From Auanema rhodensis (taxonomy: Eukaryota > Animalia > Nematoda), in assembly GCA_964057225.1 (NCBI GenBank), contig OZ059899.1, forward strand, positions 9,362,001-9,426,000: a stretch of 64,000 nt of DNA. Reading direction: 5' to 3'. This document shows positions 1-10,200 of the stretch, piece by piece. Each line of letters opens with the position of its first letter. The first letter of the stretch is position 1. Below the pieces are notes generated by a model. The model saw nothing but the letters and a program-made list of their open reading frames with translations. It had not been told where the DNA came from and did not search any database. Made by a program: the position numbers and the translations under genes.

Positions 1-1508
1 GCCTCAGTAGGGATTCGATTATTAGTGTCAGATTCTTGTTTATATTCTGTTGTTTTTTTATTCAATAATTCTTCTGTGGTGATCAGTAAAGCCTGATCTT
101 TTTTAATTGTGGGAGTTTCTTTATCTTTTTGGATATTTTGTACACTTTTTCTTCCTTGTGAGCACAAGGCGGAATTATGATCTCCTTGGCAATTGCGACA
201 TTTTTGTTTTCTGCATTCCGAACTTTTGTGTTTATCGGAAAAGCAAATCCAACAGATGGCCTTTCCGCGAATGCGGTACCTTCTTTTCTCTGGTGTTTCA
301 AATGTGGTGCATTGATAAAAACGATGCTCGGATGAGTCGCAAAAGACACATGGCCAAGTTTGGGTTTTCCGTTGTTCTGCAGTGCTGTCTTTATGTGAAA
401 CAGATGTGACATTGTCTTTGTGATTTCGAAACTTTTGTTCATGACTATTTCTTGTTTGTTCTTTTAGAAAAAAGGAATAGATTTTGTGGTCTACCGCTGT
501 CAGCATTTCTTTAGTAGAATGGTAGTTGTTTGGATGAATTAGAATGTCTTCCACGATGTGGTATGGGAATTTGTTGAGAATCATCGCGGTACACATTTCG
601 CGGGATACTGTAGCTCCGGCTGCTTCAATTTGCCTGATAAGTGCCTTGGTTTCTCCAAATGTTTCTTTGCATGCTTTTGCATTATTGCTTGCAAATTTCA
701 AATTACGTAGTTGTGTCAAAAGAGAGTTGATATCCGACGAATAGTCTCCAAATTCAGAAACTAATGCTTCACGCATAAGCTCATAATTTTGAGCAGAGGG
801 TTCTATTCCTCTGATTGCTATTTGTGAATCGCCTTTGAGGCTTTCACAGAGTAGGTTTACCTTTTCTAAGGTTGTAAACTGTTCATTATCATGAACAAGT
901 CTATCAAAACGGCCCCAGAATGATTTGAAGTTCTCTGGTTTGCCATCAAATGTAGGTAGCGACATCGCTGGTTTTTGGATACTAGTTTGTTGGATGTGTA
1001 GGAATGACTTGATAATTTCCAGAAATTGATCATTCGATTTGTTTTCTGTTTCATTGTTTTCTGTTGAGCGATTGCTGTTGTGCTCAGATTCATTCTTATG
1101 AAGCGTTTTTCTCAGCTTTCTAAGTATGCGTTCGGCTTTCATGATGTGTTCGTCAAGCTCAATAATGGCGTTTTGAACCTTTTTAATGTTGGGTTCAAAG
1201 TCTTCATCGGATGTGAAGGCGATGTACTGTTCGTCTAATGCTTTACGAAGCGTTTTGTCTGATGCTTCGTAAAATTTTTGGAATTTTTTCTCGTTATCTT
1301 GATGATTTTTCAACGATTCTTTGAATTGGTGTTGGACTTTTGTCCAGCGAATGATAAGGCAAGAGAGGGTTTCCTCTTCTTCCTCAGTGTGGAAGTCGCA
1401 ATCTACCAGAATACCAGGAAGGTCCTTCACTTCCATCTCGTATCGTGTAAGTAATTCTCCGAGAAACTGGTTAGACTGTTTGATATGATTGACAAAAAGG
1501 AGTGACAT
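1..1508 (-). CDS. gag: BEL/Pao Gag (N-terminal part of a gag or gag-pol polyprotein), >=502 aa, runs off the window
   Basis: Manual translation from ATG at 1508 (MSLLFVNHIKQ...) is open to base 1; it is absent from the ORF track because no stop is reached. Contains DUF1759-like LPTFDGKPENFKSFWGRFDRLVHDNEQFTTLEKVNLLCESLKG...NYELMREALVSEFG and three zinc knuckles: CVFCDSSEHRFYQC, CWICFSDKHKSSEC, CRNCQGDHNSALC. Confidence 0.9.
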   Translation of the reverse strand, partial: MSLLFVNHIKQSNQFLGELLTRYEMEVKDLPGILVDCDFHTEEEEETLSCLIIRWTKVQHQFKESLKNHQDNEKKFQKFYEASDKTLRKALDEQYIAFTSDEDFEPNIKKVQNAIIELDEHIMKAERILRKLRKTLHKNESEHNSNRSTENNETENKSNDQFLEIIKSFLHIQQTSIQKPAMSLPTFDGKPENFKSFWGRFDRLVHDNEQFTTLEKVNLLCESLKGDSQIAIRGIEPSAQNYELMREALVSEFGDYSSDINSLLTQLRNLKFASNNAKACKETFGETKALIRQIEAAGATVSREMCTAMILNKFPYHIVEDILIHPNNYHSTKEMLTAVDHKIYSFFLKEQTRNSHEQKFRNHKDNVTSVSHKDSTAEQRKTQTWPCVFCDSSEHRFYQCTTFETPEKRRYRIRGKAICWICFSDKHKSSECRKQKCRNCQGDHNSALCSQGRKSVQNIQKDKETPTIKKDQALLITTEELLNKKTTEYKQESDTNNRIPTE

Positions 1509-1769
1509 TTTTGTCGTAGATGTAGGAATAACGCTTATATTCCTTCTACTTTCTCTTTTTTTTGTTTGTTTGGTGATCACAGTATATGTGATAGTGAATC
1601 TCTGTTTCTGTCTGCAGAGTTTGCTTATGGTTCAAGTCTTTTTGGTGTGACTTGACGTGGACTAATGGTTGCCACGATTTCTATTAAGTATGTTTTTTGC
1701 TCAAACACGCTTGATTTGAGCTGTATCTCACCTGCCACGCGGGACTTGAAGCGGCTAAGATCTGAACTA

Positions 1770-1781
1770 GCCGATGCACCA
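1770..1781 (-). promoter_or_regulatory. Primer-binding site complementary to the tRNA-Gly 3' end
   Basis: TGGTGCATCGGC, the complement of ...GCCGATGCA-CCA of eukaryotic tRNA-Gly(GCC), 3 nt downstream of the LTR end. Confidence 0.8.
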
Positions 1782-1784
1782 ATT

Positions 1785-2135
1785 TGTGGCGTTATACCGC
1801 AAGTGTATAGTATGGTTGGAAATAAAACACAAAGCGAATATGTAGAAAAGGGTTTATTGATGAATTAACAAGACAAGCACGGAATAGAATCACTGACTGC
1901 GAACGTTAAAAATGTAAGACTGATCTCTTCTCGTGGGCGGTCGTCAGCCTGAAACAAAGAGTTAGTCATGCCACATGTATAACACAACATGTGGTATGGA
2001 TAAAAATTACTTAGGAAGTTACAAGAAAGAAGAAAGAGGAGAGAGAGAGAGAGAGAGAGAGGGAGAGAACAGGAGAGACAAATAAAACAATTGTTGAAGA
2101 TAAAATTTATACAAACTCACTCGCTTATCGCGACA
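1785..2135 (-). repeat. 5' LTR of BEL/Pao element (351 bp)
   Basis: Minus strand starts TGTCGCGATA and ends TAACGCCACA (imperfect terminal inverted repeat, 8/10); AATAAA at 1853-1858 (minus); PBS follows. The partner LTR is outside the window. Confidence 0.8.
2035..2078 (+). repeat. (GA)n microsatellite inside the BEL/Pao LTR
   Basis: GAGGAGAGAGAGAGAGAGAGAGAGAGAGGGAGAGAACAGGAGAG seen directly. Confidence 0.85.
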
Positions 2136-2208
2136 CTCCTAATTTCTCTCATCACAATTGTCTTAGTTTTTTTTTCTCATAAGAGTTTCTGAAATCTTAG
2201 TTGAACAA

Positions 2209-2281
2209 GGCCGCGTGGCGCAATGGATAACGCGTCTGCCTACGGAGCAGAAGATTGTAGGTTCGAATCCTGCCGTGGTCG
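2209..2281 (+). tRNA. tRNA-Arg(ACG), major type
   Basis: GGCCGCGTGGCGCAATGGATAACGCGTCTGCCT-ACG-GAGCAGAAGATTGTAGGTTCGAATCCTGCCGTGGTCG folds as a cloverleaf with A/B boxes; T7 Pol III terminator 4 nt downstream. Confidence 0.95.
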
Positions 2282-2285
2282 TAAA

Positions 2286-2292
2286 TTTTTTT
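2286..2292 (+). terminator. Pol III oligo-T terminator (representative; present after every tRNA copy)
   Basis: TAAA-TTTTTTT directly after the discriminator base. Confidence 0.85.
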
Positions 2293-3227
2293 CATTTCAC
2301 TTGTCATTCATAAAAATCGAATTTATTTTTTTCAATGATTTTTTTTTGCAATGTGTCATAAGAATTACACAGTTGAACAAAACGTTTTTTAAGAATTTTC
2401 TTTGTTGTCAACATATATATTTTCCTGGAATTCGAAAGCATTCGGGATGGAAATTAGAAAGAAAAGAACTAGTTTTTCCTACTTTAAAACAAACAATAAG
2501 AAATAAAATGAAAAAGATTGTTAGATATCCAATTTAAACTTATACATTTACTTCGATAAAGAGCCTATTAGATTGAAATTTTATGTCTTACAGTTCTCCA
2601 ACAGAACAGACTGATCCTGATTTTTCTACGATTACATAAAACTCTCGTTTGATATAAAAAAAGGAGAGGAATAACGTTTCCAGGATGTCAAGGATATCGA
2701 ATCTAGTGATATTGTAGAAAAATGTAATGTCAGCTCCATAGGTTTTCTCCTAATTTCTCTCATCACAATTGTCTTAGTTTTTTTTCTCATAAGAGTTTCT
2801 GAAATCTTAGGTGAACAAGGCCGTATATAATTTCCTGGAATTCGAAAGCATTTGGGATGGAATTTAGAAAGTAATGAACTAGTTTTTCCTACTTTAAAAC
2901 AAACAATAAGAAATAAAATGAAAAAGATTGTTAGATATCCAATTTAAACTTATACATTTACTTCGATAAAGAGCCTATTAGTTTGAAATTTTATGTCTTA
3001 CAGTTCTCCAACAGAACAGACTGATCCTGATTTTTCTACGATTACATAAAACTCTCGTTTGATATAAAAAAAGGAGAGGAATAACGTTTCCAGGATGTCA
3101 AGGATATCGAATCTAGTGATATTGTAGAGAAATGTAATGTCAGCTTCATAGCTTTTCTCTTGATTTCTCTCATCACAATTGTCTTAGTTTTTTTCTCATA
3201 AGAGTTTCTGAAATCTCAGTTAAACAA

Positions 3228-3300
3228 GGCCGCGTGGCGCAATGGATAACGCGTCTGCCTACGGAGCAGAAGATTGTAGGTTCGAATCCTGCCGTGGTCG
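3228..3300 (+). tRNA. tRNA-Arg(ACG), major type
   Basis: Same 73-mer with oligo-T terminator. Confidence 0.93.
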
Positions 3301-3837
3301 TAAATTTTTTTTTATTTCACTTGTCATTCATAAAAATCGAATTTATTTTTTTCAACGACTATTTTTGCAATGTGTCATAAGAATTTCACAGTTTAACAAA
3401 ACGTTTTTTAAGAAGTTTTTTTGTTGTCAACATATATATTTTGCTGGAATTCGAAAGCATTTGGGATGGAAATTAGAAAGAAAAGAACTAGTTTTTCCTA
3501 CTTTAAAACAAACAATAAGAAATAGAATGAAAAAGATTGTTAGATATCCAATTTAAACTTATACATTTACTTCGATAAAGAGCCTATTAGATTGAAATTT
3601 CATGTCTTACAGTTCTCCAACAGAACAGACTGATCCTGATTTTTCTACGATTACATAAAACTCTCGTTTGATATGAAAAAAGGAGAGGAATAACGTTTCC
3701 AGGATGTCAATGATATTGAATCTAGTGATATTGTAGAAAAATGTAATGTCAGCTCCATAGGTTTTCTCTTAATTTCTCTCATCACAATTGTCTTAGTTTT
3801 TTTTCTCATAAGAGTTTCTGAAATCTTTGTTGAACAA

Positions 3838-3910
3838 GGTCGCGTGGCGCAATGGATAACGCGTCTGCCTACGGAGCAGAAGATTATAGGTTCGAATCCT
3901 GCCGTGGTCG
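3838..3910 (+). tRNA. tRNA-Arg(ACG), variant B (C3T, G49A)
   Basis: GGTCGCG.../ATTATAGG; A49-C65 mismatch. Confidence 0.8.
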
Positions 3911-5266
3911 TAAATTTTTTTCATTTCACTTGTCATTCATAAAAATCGAATTTATTTTTTTCAATGATTTTTTTTTGCAATGTGTCATAAGAATTACACA
4001 GTTGAACAAAACGTTTTTTAAGAATTTTCTTTGTTGTCAACATATATATTTTCCTGGAATTCAAAAGCATTTGGGATGGAAATTAGAAAGAAAAGAACTA
4101 GTTTTTCCTACTTTAAAACAAACAATAAGAAATAAAATGAATAAGATTGTTAGATATCCAATTTAAACTTATACATTTACTTCGATAAAGAGCCTATTAG
4201 ATTGAAATTTTATGTCTTACAGTTCTCCAACAGAACAGACTGATCCTGATTTTTCTACGATTACATAAAACTCTCGTTTGATATAAAAAAAGGAGAGGAA
4301 CAACGTTTCCAGGATGTCAAGGATATCGAATCTAGTGATATTGTAGAAAAATGTAATGTCAGCTCCATAGGTTTTCTCCTAATTTCTCTCATCACAATTG
4401 TCCTAGTTTTTTTTCTCATAAGAGTTTCTGAAATCTTAGGTGAACAAGGCCGTATATAATTTCCTGGAATTCGAAAGCATTTGGGATGGAATTTAGAAAG
4501 TAATGAACTAGTTTTTCCTACTTTAAAACAAACAATAAGAAATAAAATGAAAAAGATTGTTAGATATCCAATTTAAACTTATACATTTACTTCGATAAAG
4601 AGCCTATTAGATTGAAATTTTATGTCTTACAGTTCTCCAACAGAACAGACTGATCCTGATTTTTCTACGATTACATAAAACTCTCGTTTGATATAAAAAA
4701 AGGAGAGGAACAACGTTTCCAGGATGTCAAGGATATCGAATCTAGTGATATTGTAGAAAAATGTAATGTCAGCTCCATAGGTTTTCTCCTAATTTCTCTC
4801 ATCACAATTGTCTTAGTTTTTTTTCTCATAAGAGTTTCTGAAATCTTAGGTGAACAAGGCCGTATATAATTTCCTGGAATTCGAAAGCATTTGGGATGGA
4901 ATTTAGAAAGTAATGAACTAGTTTTTCCTACTTTAAAACAAACAATAAGAAATAAAATGAAAAAGATTGTTAGATATCCAATTTAAACTTATACATTTAC
5001 TTCGATAAAGAGCCTATTAGTTTGAAATTTTATGTCTTACAGTTCTCCAACAGAACAGACTGATCCTGATTTCTCTATGATTACATAAAACTCCCGTTTG
5101 ATATAAAAAAAGGAGAGGAATAACGTTTCCAGGATGTCAAGGATATCGAATCTAGTGATATTGTAGAGAAATGTAATGTCAGCTTCATAGCTTTTCTCTT
5201 GATTTCTCTCATCACAATTGTCTTAGTTTTTTTCTCATAAGAGTTTCTGAAATCTCAGTTAAACAA

Positions 5267-5339
5267 GGCCGCGTGGCGCAATGGATAACGGGTCTACCTA
5301 CGGAGCAGAAAATTGTAGGTTCGAATCCTGCCGTGGTCT
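5267..5339 (+). pseudogene. Degenerate tRNA-Arg(ACG)
   Basis: C25G, G30A, G45A and G73T disrupt the D and anticodon stems. Confidence 0.75.
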
Positions 5340-5876
5340 TAAATTTTTTTTTATTTCACTTGTCATTCATAAAAATCGAATTTATTTTTTTCAACGACTA
5401 TTTTTGCAATGTGTCAGAAGAATTTCACAGTTTAACAAAACGTTTTTTAAAAAGTTTTTTTGTTGTCAACATATATATTTTGCTGGAATTCGAAAGCATT
5501 TGGGATGGAAATTAGAAAGAAAAGAACTAGTTTTTCCTACTTTAAAACAAACAATAAGAAATAGAATGAAAAAGATTGTTAGATATCCAATTTAAACTTA
5601 TACATTTACTTCGATAAAGAGCCTATTAGATTGAAATTTTATGTCTTACAGTTCTCCATCAGAACAGACTGATCCTGATTTTTCTACGATTACATAAAAC
5701 TCTCGTTTGATATGAAAAAAGAAGAGAAATAACGCTTCTAGGATATCAATGATATTGAATCTAGTGATATTGTAGAAAAATGTAATGTCAGCTCCATAGG
5801 TTTTCTCTTAATTTCTCTCATCACAATTGTCTTAGTTTTTTTTCTCATAAGAGTTTCTGAAATCTTTGTTGAACAA

Positions 5877-5949
5877 GGTCGCGTGGCGCAATGGATAACA
5901 CGTCTGCCTACGGAGCAGAAGATTATAGGTTCGAATCCTGCCGTGGTCG
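5877..5949 (+). tRNA. tRNA-Arg(ACG), variant B plus G24A (possible pseudogene)
   Basis: Variant B with an extra D-stem mismatch. Confidence 0.65.
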
Positions 5950-6266
5950 TAAATTTTTTTCATTTCACTTGTCATTTACAAAAATCGAATTTATCTTCTT
6001 CAACAATTATTTTTGCAATGTGTCATAAGAATTTCACAGTTGAACAAAACGTTTTTTAAGAAGTTTTTTTGTTGTCAACATATATATTTTGCTGAAATTC
6101 AAAAGCATTTGGGATGGAAATTAGAAAGAAAAGAACTAGTTTTTCCTACTTTAAAACAAACAATAAGAAATAAAATGAATAAGATTGTTAGATATCCAAT
6201 TTAAACTTATACATTTACTTCGATAAAGAGCCTATTAGTTTGAAATTTTATGTCTTACAGTTCTCC

Positions 6267-6647
6267 CGTTACATATTGTTTCTTCCCGTCTTTTCATGGT
6301 CGGAAGATATATGTACTTCTACCTTGTTCCTTAGGTAGGCAGACCCGAACGCCCCGATTTCCTTATTAAGACAAACACTCAAAGAGAAAAGGATTCATTA
6401 TCAGATAACAAGAAAATACAATATAAGAATTACATTAAGAAAGAATATAAAGAGATATAATGAAGTATTAAATAGAGTATATATATAGATGATATAGAGA
6501 TGAGACTCACATGGCTATAAGACAACCTATCTGGGTTAGGCCAGAAGCAAGAGTGCCATGTGTGTCCCATGTTGTAGGCGGGGCTTGTTCAGGCTCCCGC
6601 TATTTGAATAGCGCGCACATGTTTACCATGTGCTAGCAGATGTGACA
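6267..6647 (-). repeat. 3' LTR of Gypsy copy 1 (381 bp)
   Basis: Direct repeat of 16008-16388; minus strand TGTCACATC...ATGTAACG; preceded by the PPT. Confidence 0.97.
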
Positions 6648-6659
6648 TCCCCCCACCTT
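6648..6659 (-). promoter_or_regulatory. Polypurine tract
   Basis: AAGGTGGGGGGA immediately 5' of the 3' LTR on the minus strand. Confidence 0.9.
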
Positions 6660-7247
6660 AAAAGGTTGAACGTCCTCGTTCAAAAACAAAATAAATTAAT
6701 TCACTATTTAAGATAGTTGGATGTTGGAAAAAAAATCATGGTGTAGTGGATAAAAAAAAAGTGTATACAATACGATTCGAAAGTTTAGCTATTGTCTCTT
6801 CAAGTTTGTTGAATTCGAAATGTAGTATCGAGTAGATTCTATTCCATTCACTTGAGTAGTGAAATGCTTGCAAACGAGAGCTTTGCTTCTAAACCATTCG
6901 ACTGTGATATAGTCGTTCATCTTCTCGAGTTGTACAGGTACGGTGTTACCCTGAGAATAGGTCGAGCCCGTTCTGTACAAAAAAATGAAAACTCGTTTAA
7001 CCCGTATGACTAATGTCCATAAGGTGAATACAAGTAATGATTAAGCATAAAAAAATAGCAAGATTCACAAGAGAATGTTGAAAAAAATCTACTCAATGAG
7101 AGTTGGAGTAATAAAACAAACTTTTGTAAAACAATAGCAGACTTCTCAGAGAAAATCAATCAACAACAAAGAAGTGGTACAATCAGAAATGGCACAAAAT
7201 AAAATAAAAAAATTTCAACAATTTGATTTTGTTAAAAAAAACTACCT

Positions 7248-10200
7248 TCAAGAAATTGTGATAACCGGAATAGATGTTGTCCGTTGGTAAGGTTTGACGA
7301 AGTCCTTGTGTACTCTTCTGCTTTTTCCTTTATCTGTTTGAACCACGACGAAAGATCTTTGAACTGCTGTAACTAAATAAGGCCCTTCGAATGAAGGTGT
7401 TAGTTTGTTTCGAGTAGAATTCACTTTTATCATAACTAAGTCATTAACCTGAATTTCTTTATTTTGTGTTCTATTTCGTGTATTGTACCGTTGTTCATTC
7501 TTCTTTGTGCATGTTTCAATTCTATCTTTTACTATATTAGATGTGCTTTCATTTTGTATTAGCGATCTATTGACAAAATCTTCTGTAGGATTGGCTGGTT
7601 CTTCAGTTTGAAGATTATTTCCAGGCAATTGATGGTCAATAGGAAGTCTTGCATCCCGACCAAATAATACAACATATGGACTAATAGATGTTGATGAGTT
7701 TGGTAACGTATTGATCGCAAACATAACTTTGGGTAGGTGTATATCCCAGTTAGTTTGTTGTTCATTCACGAATGAAGAGAGAGCTTCTTCCAAAGTTCTA
7801 TGAAGTCTCTCAACTTGTCCATTAGCATTTTTATGATATGGTAGCGTAGTAGTGTGTTTAATTCCAAATTGTTTACACATAGCTTGAAATTCAGATGACA
7901 AAAAGCTACTACCATTATCAGTTATCATACTCATTGGTGGTCCATATATGAAAACAAATCTAATTACAAACGCTTTTGTGATTTCAGTAGCCGTTTGTGT
8001 TATTAATGGGCAAGTTGTTCCCCATTTACTAAAAGCGTCTTGAATACTCAAGATGTATCGATGTCCATCATTAGTGCGAGGTAAAGGACCTAGTTTATCT
8101 ACATGAATACGATCAAATGGCTTTTCGGGTATAACAAATCTTCCCATAGGTTGAATATACGATTGGTGTGGGTTAGATTTCCTACTTGCACATTTTGTAC
8201 AACGATTAATAAATTCAGTTATTTGTGGAACCATATTAGTCCAAAAGAATCGTCGTCGAATCGCATCAGTAGTTTTATTTATACCTAGGTGTGCACCAAT
8301 TTTGGAATCTTCGTGAAAAAATTTGATGACAACATCAGTTATTTTGTCGTTTCGAGGCAAAATAATAGATGGTTTTAAATAATTTTTCGCTTGTTTTGCA
8401 TGTAATATGCCTTCTCGTTCTTCATACCGATCTGATATATTAGCCGGACAGTTATCATTATTAATTTGAGAAAGTGCTTCGCGAATCCAGGGAACTCCAG
8501 CTTGAACTTTCCGTATTTCTTCACAATTTAGTTGGTCAATAGAAGAAATAGTTGTAATATGAGCAATAAAAGCATCAACAGGTTTTACTTTGTCCTTTGG
8601 TTTAGTAGGACGACTGTCATTTGCTTCGTTTCCTATATACCTGGAGAGAGCATCACAGACACTGTTTAATTTGCCAGGACGATATTCAATCTTTATGTTG
8701 AAATCTTGTATCATTAGTTGATACTTGGCTAATCTACCTATGAGATCTTTACGCGACATTAAACTGGTTAATGGTCGGTGATCTGTGATAACTGTGGTAG
8801 GTACTCCTAATACATAGGTACGGAATTGTTGAAGAGCAAAGACTAAACCGAGTGCTTCAACTTCAATAGGAGGATATTTCCGTTCCGCTGGAGTCAACTT
8901 TCTACTAGCAAACGCAATCGGGTGCAATGGAGAATTTTTCTCTGCTGATTGCAATAAAACTGCTCCCACAGCGATCATACTGCCATCACTTTCTATAACA
9001 AAAGGTTGGTCTGCTTTAGGAGGTTTCAGTACAGGGGCAGTACACAGTGATGTTTTTAAAGTTTTAAATGCGTCTGCATGTTCCGATTTCCACTCAAAAG
9101 GAGTATCCTTATGTGTTAACTTATACAATGGCTCAGCTATTCCGGCATAATTTTGAATAAACCGTCGAAAATAGTTAGTCATACCTAGAAAGGATCTGAC
9201 AGCCGTAACTGTACTTGGATTTGGAAATTCGGAAACAGCCTGTATCTTAGCAGGATCTGGTTTAACACCATTTCTACCTATTACAAAACCCAAAAACTTT
9301 ACTTCAGTGGCTGCAAAGCAACATTTAGATAACTTAATTTTTAACCCTAGTTCAGTGACCTTTTTCAGCACTTCTTGTATATCTCTTAAATGTTCATCAG
9401 CTGAGTTCGAAATTATTAGCAAATCATCTAGATATACAAACAGTTTGCATCTAACAAGAGATTGCAAGTATCGTACTGCGGATTGAAAAGTGTGTGGCGC
9501 TCCACACAATCCCATAGGCATTCGGCAATACTGATAGGTACCTGATGGAGTGGTAAAAGCAGTTAGGTGTCTATCTGAGCGTTTCAACGGTATTTGGAAG
9601 AAACCAGAAATGAGATCAAAATTCGAAAAGAACTGAGCTCCAGCCGCTAAGTCTATGATATCAGGAATGTGTGGGATGCTGTATGTTTGTTTCTTAGTAA
9701 CACTATTCAATGCTCTAAAGTCAGTTACGAACCGGAAAGAATTATCTTTCTTTTTCACAAGAACAACTGGACTAGTGAAAGTAGCCGTCGAATTTTCGAT
9801 TATACCTTGCGACAACATTTCTTTCACTTGCCGTTCTACTTCTTCTTGCTTACCCAATGGTACTCTGTAAGATCTACTTTTTGGGAAATCCATATCGGAT
9901 CTTATAGGAATGGCATGTTCTACTGGTCCGCAAAAGAGACCAATATTATGATCATGGTTGAAAAATGCCGTTTGGTTTTCCTTAATGATTGTGATCAGAT
10001 TTTTCTTCATTTTATGGGACAGAGTGCAAGAATTGAAGTTCAAATCATCCAAAAGATGCTGAGGAAAAGTTGGTAACTTATCTTCCCAATCAGCTTCTGG
10101 TGGAACATAATCGTTCATAATTTCTTTAGATGCTATAAGTCCTGAACCAATGTGGTCATTTTTATTAATTTTAATTGGCTTTGAAGAATTGTTTGATACT

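Larger units (their letters stand above)
1..2135 (-). mobile_element. BEL/Pao LTR retrotransposon, 5' part (LTR, PBS, gag); continues beyond the left window edge
   Basis: LTR 1785-2135 with TG..CA ends, tRNA-Gly PBS 3 nt inside, then an open gag ORF with BEL/Pao motifs; array sequence resumes abruptly at 2136 (CTCCTAATTTC...). Confidence 0.9.
2136..6266 (+). repeat. tRNA-Arg(ACG) tandem array, left segment (5 long and 3 short units)
   Basis: Head-to-tail ~610 bp tRNA-bearing and ~409 bp tRNA-less units; tRNA starts are spaced by 610+n*409 bp. Confidence 0.95.

Noticed and set aside
83-1868. Short ORFs 83-442, 107-409, 544-744, 866-1093 and 1665-1868
   Set aside because: They are alternative-frame or antisense shadows of the BEL/Pao gag and LTR.
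2420-2720. B-box-like words in the array spacer (GAATTCGAAAGC, GATATCGAATCT) as a second RNA gene
   Set aside because: No paired A box or foldable tRNA/snRNA structure was found by eye.
6737-6785. A-box-like CATGGTGTAGTGG plus weak GATTCGAAAG in the Gypsy 3' UTR (antisense Pol III promoter or tRNA remnant)
   Set aside because: Poor B box, short spacing and no cloverleaf.
6648-7247. Conventional env ORF downstream of pol
   Set aside because: The 600-bp 3' region has only a 63-aa non-ATG ORF without a signal peptide or TM; the env-like domain is upstream of the protease.
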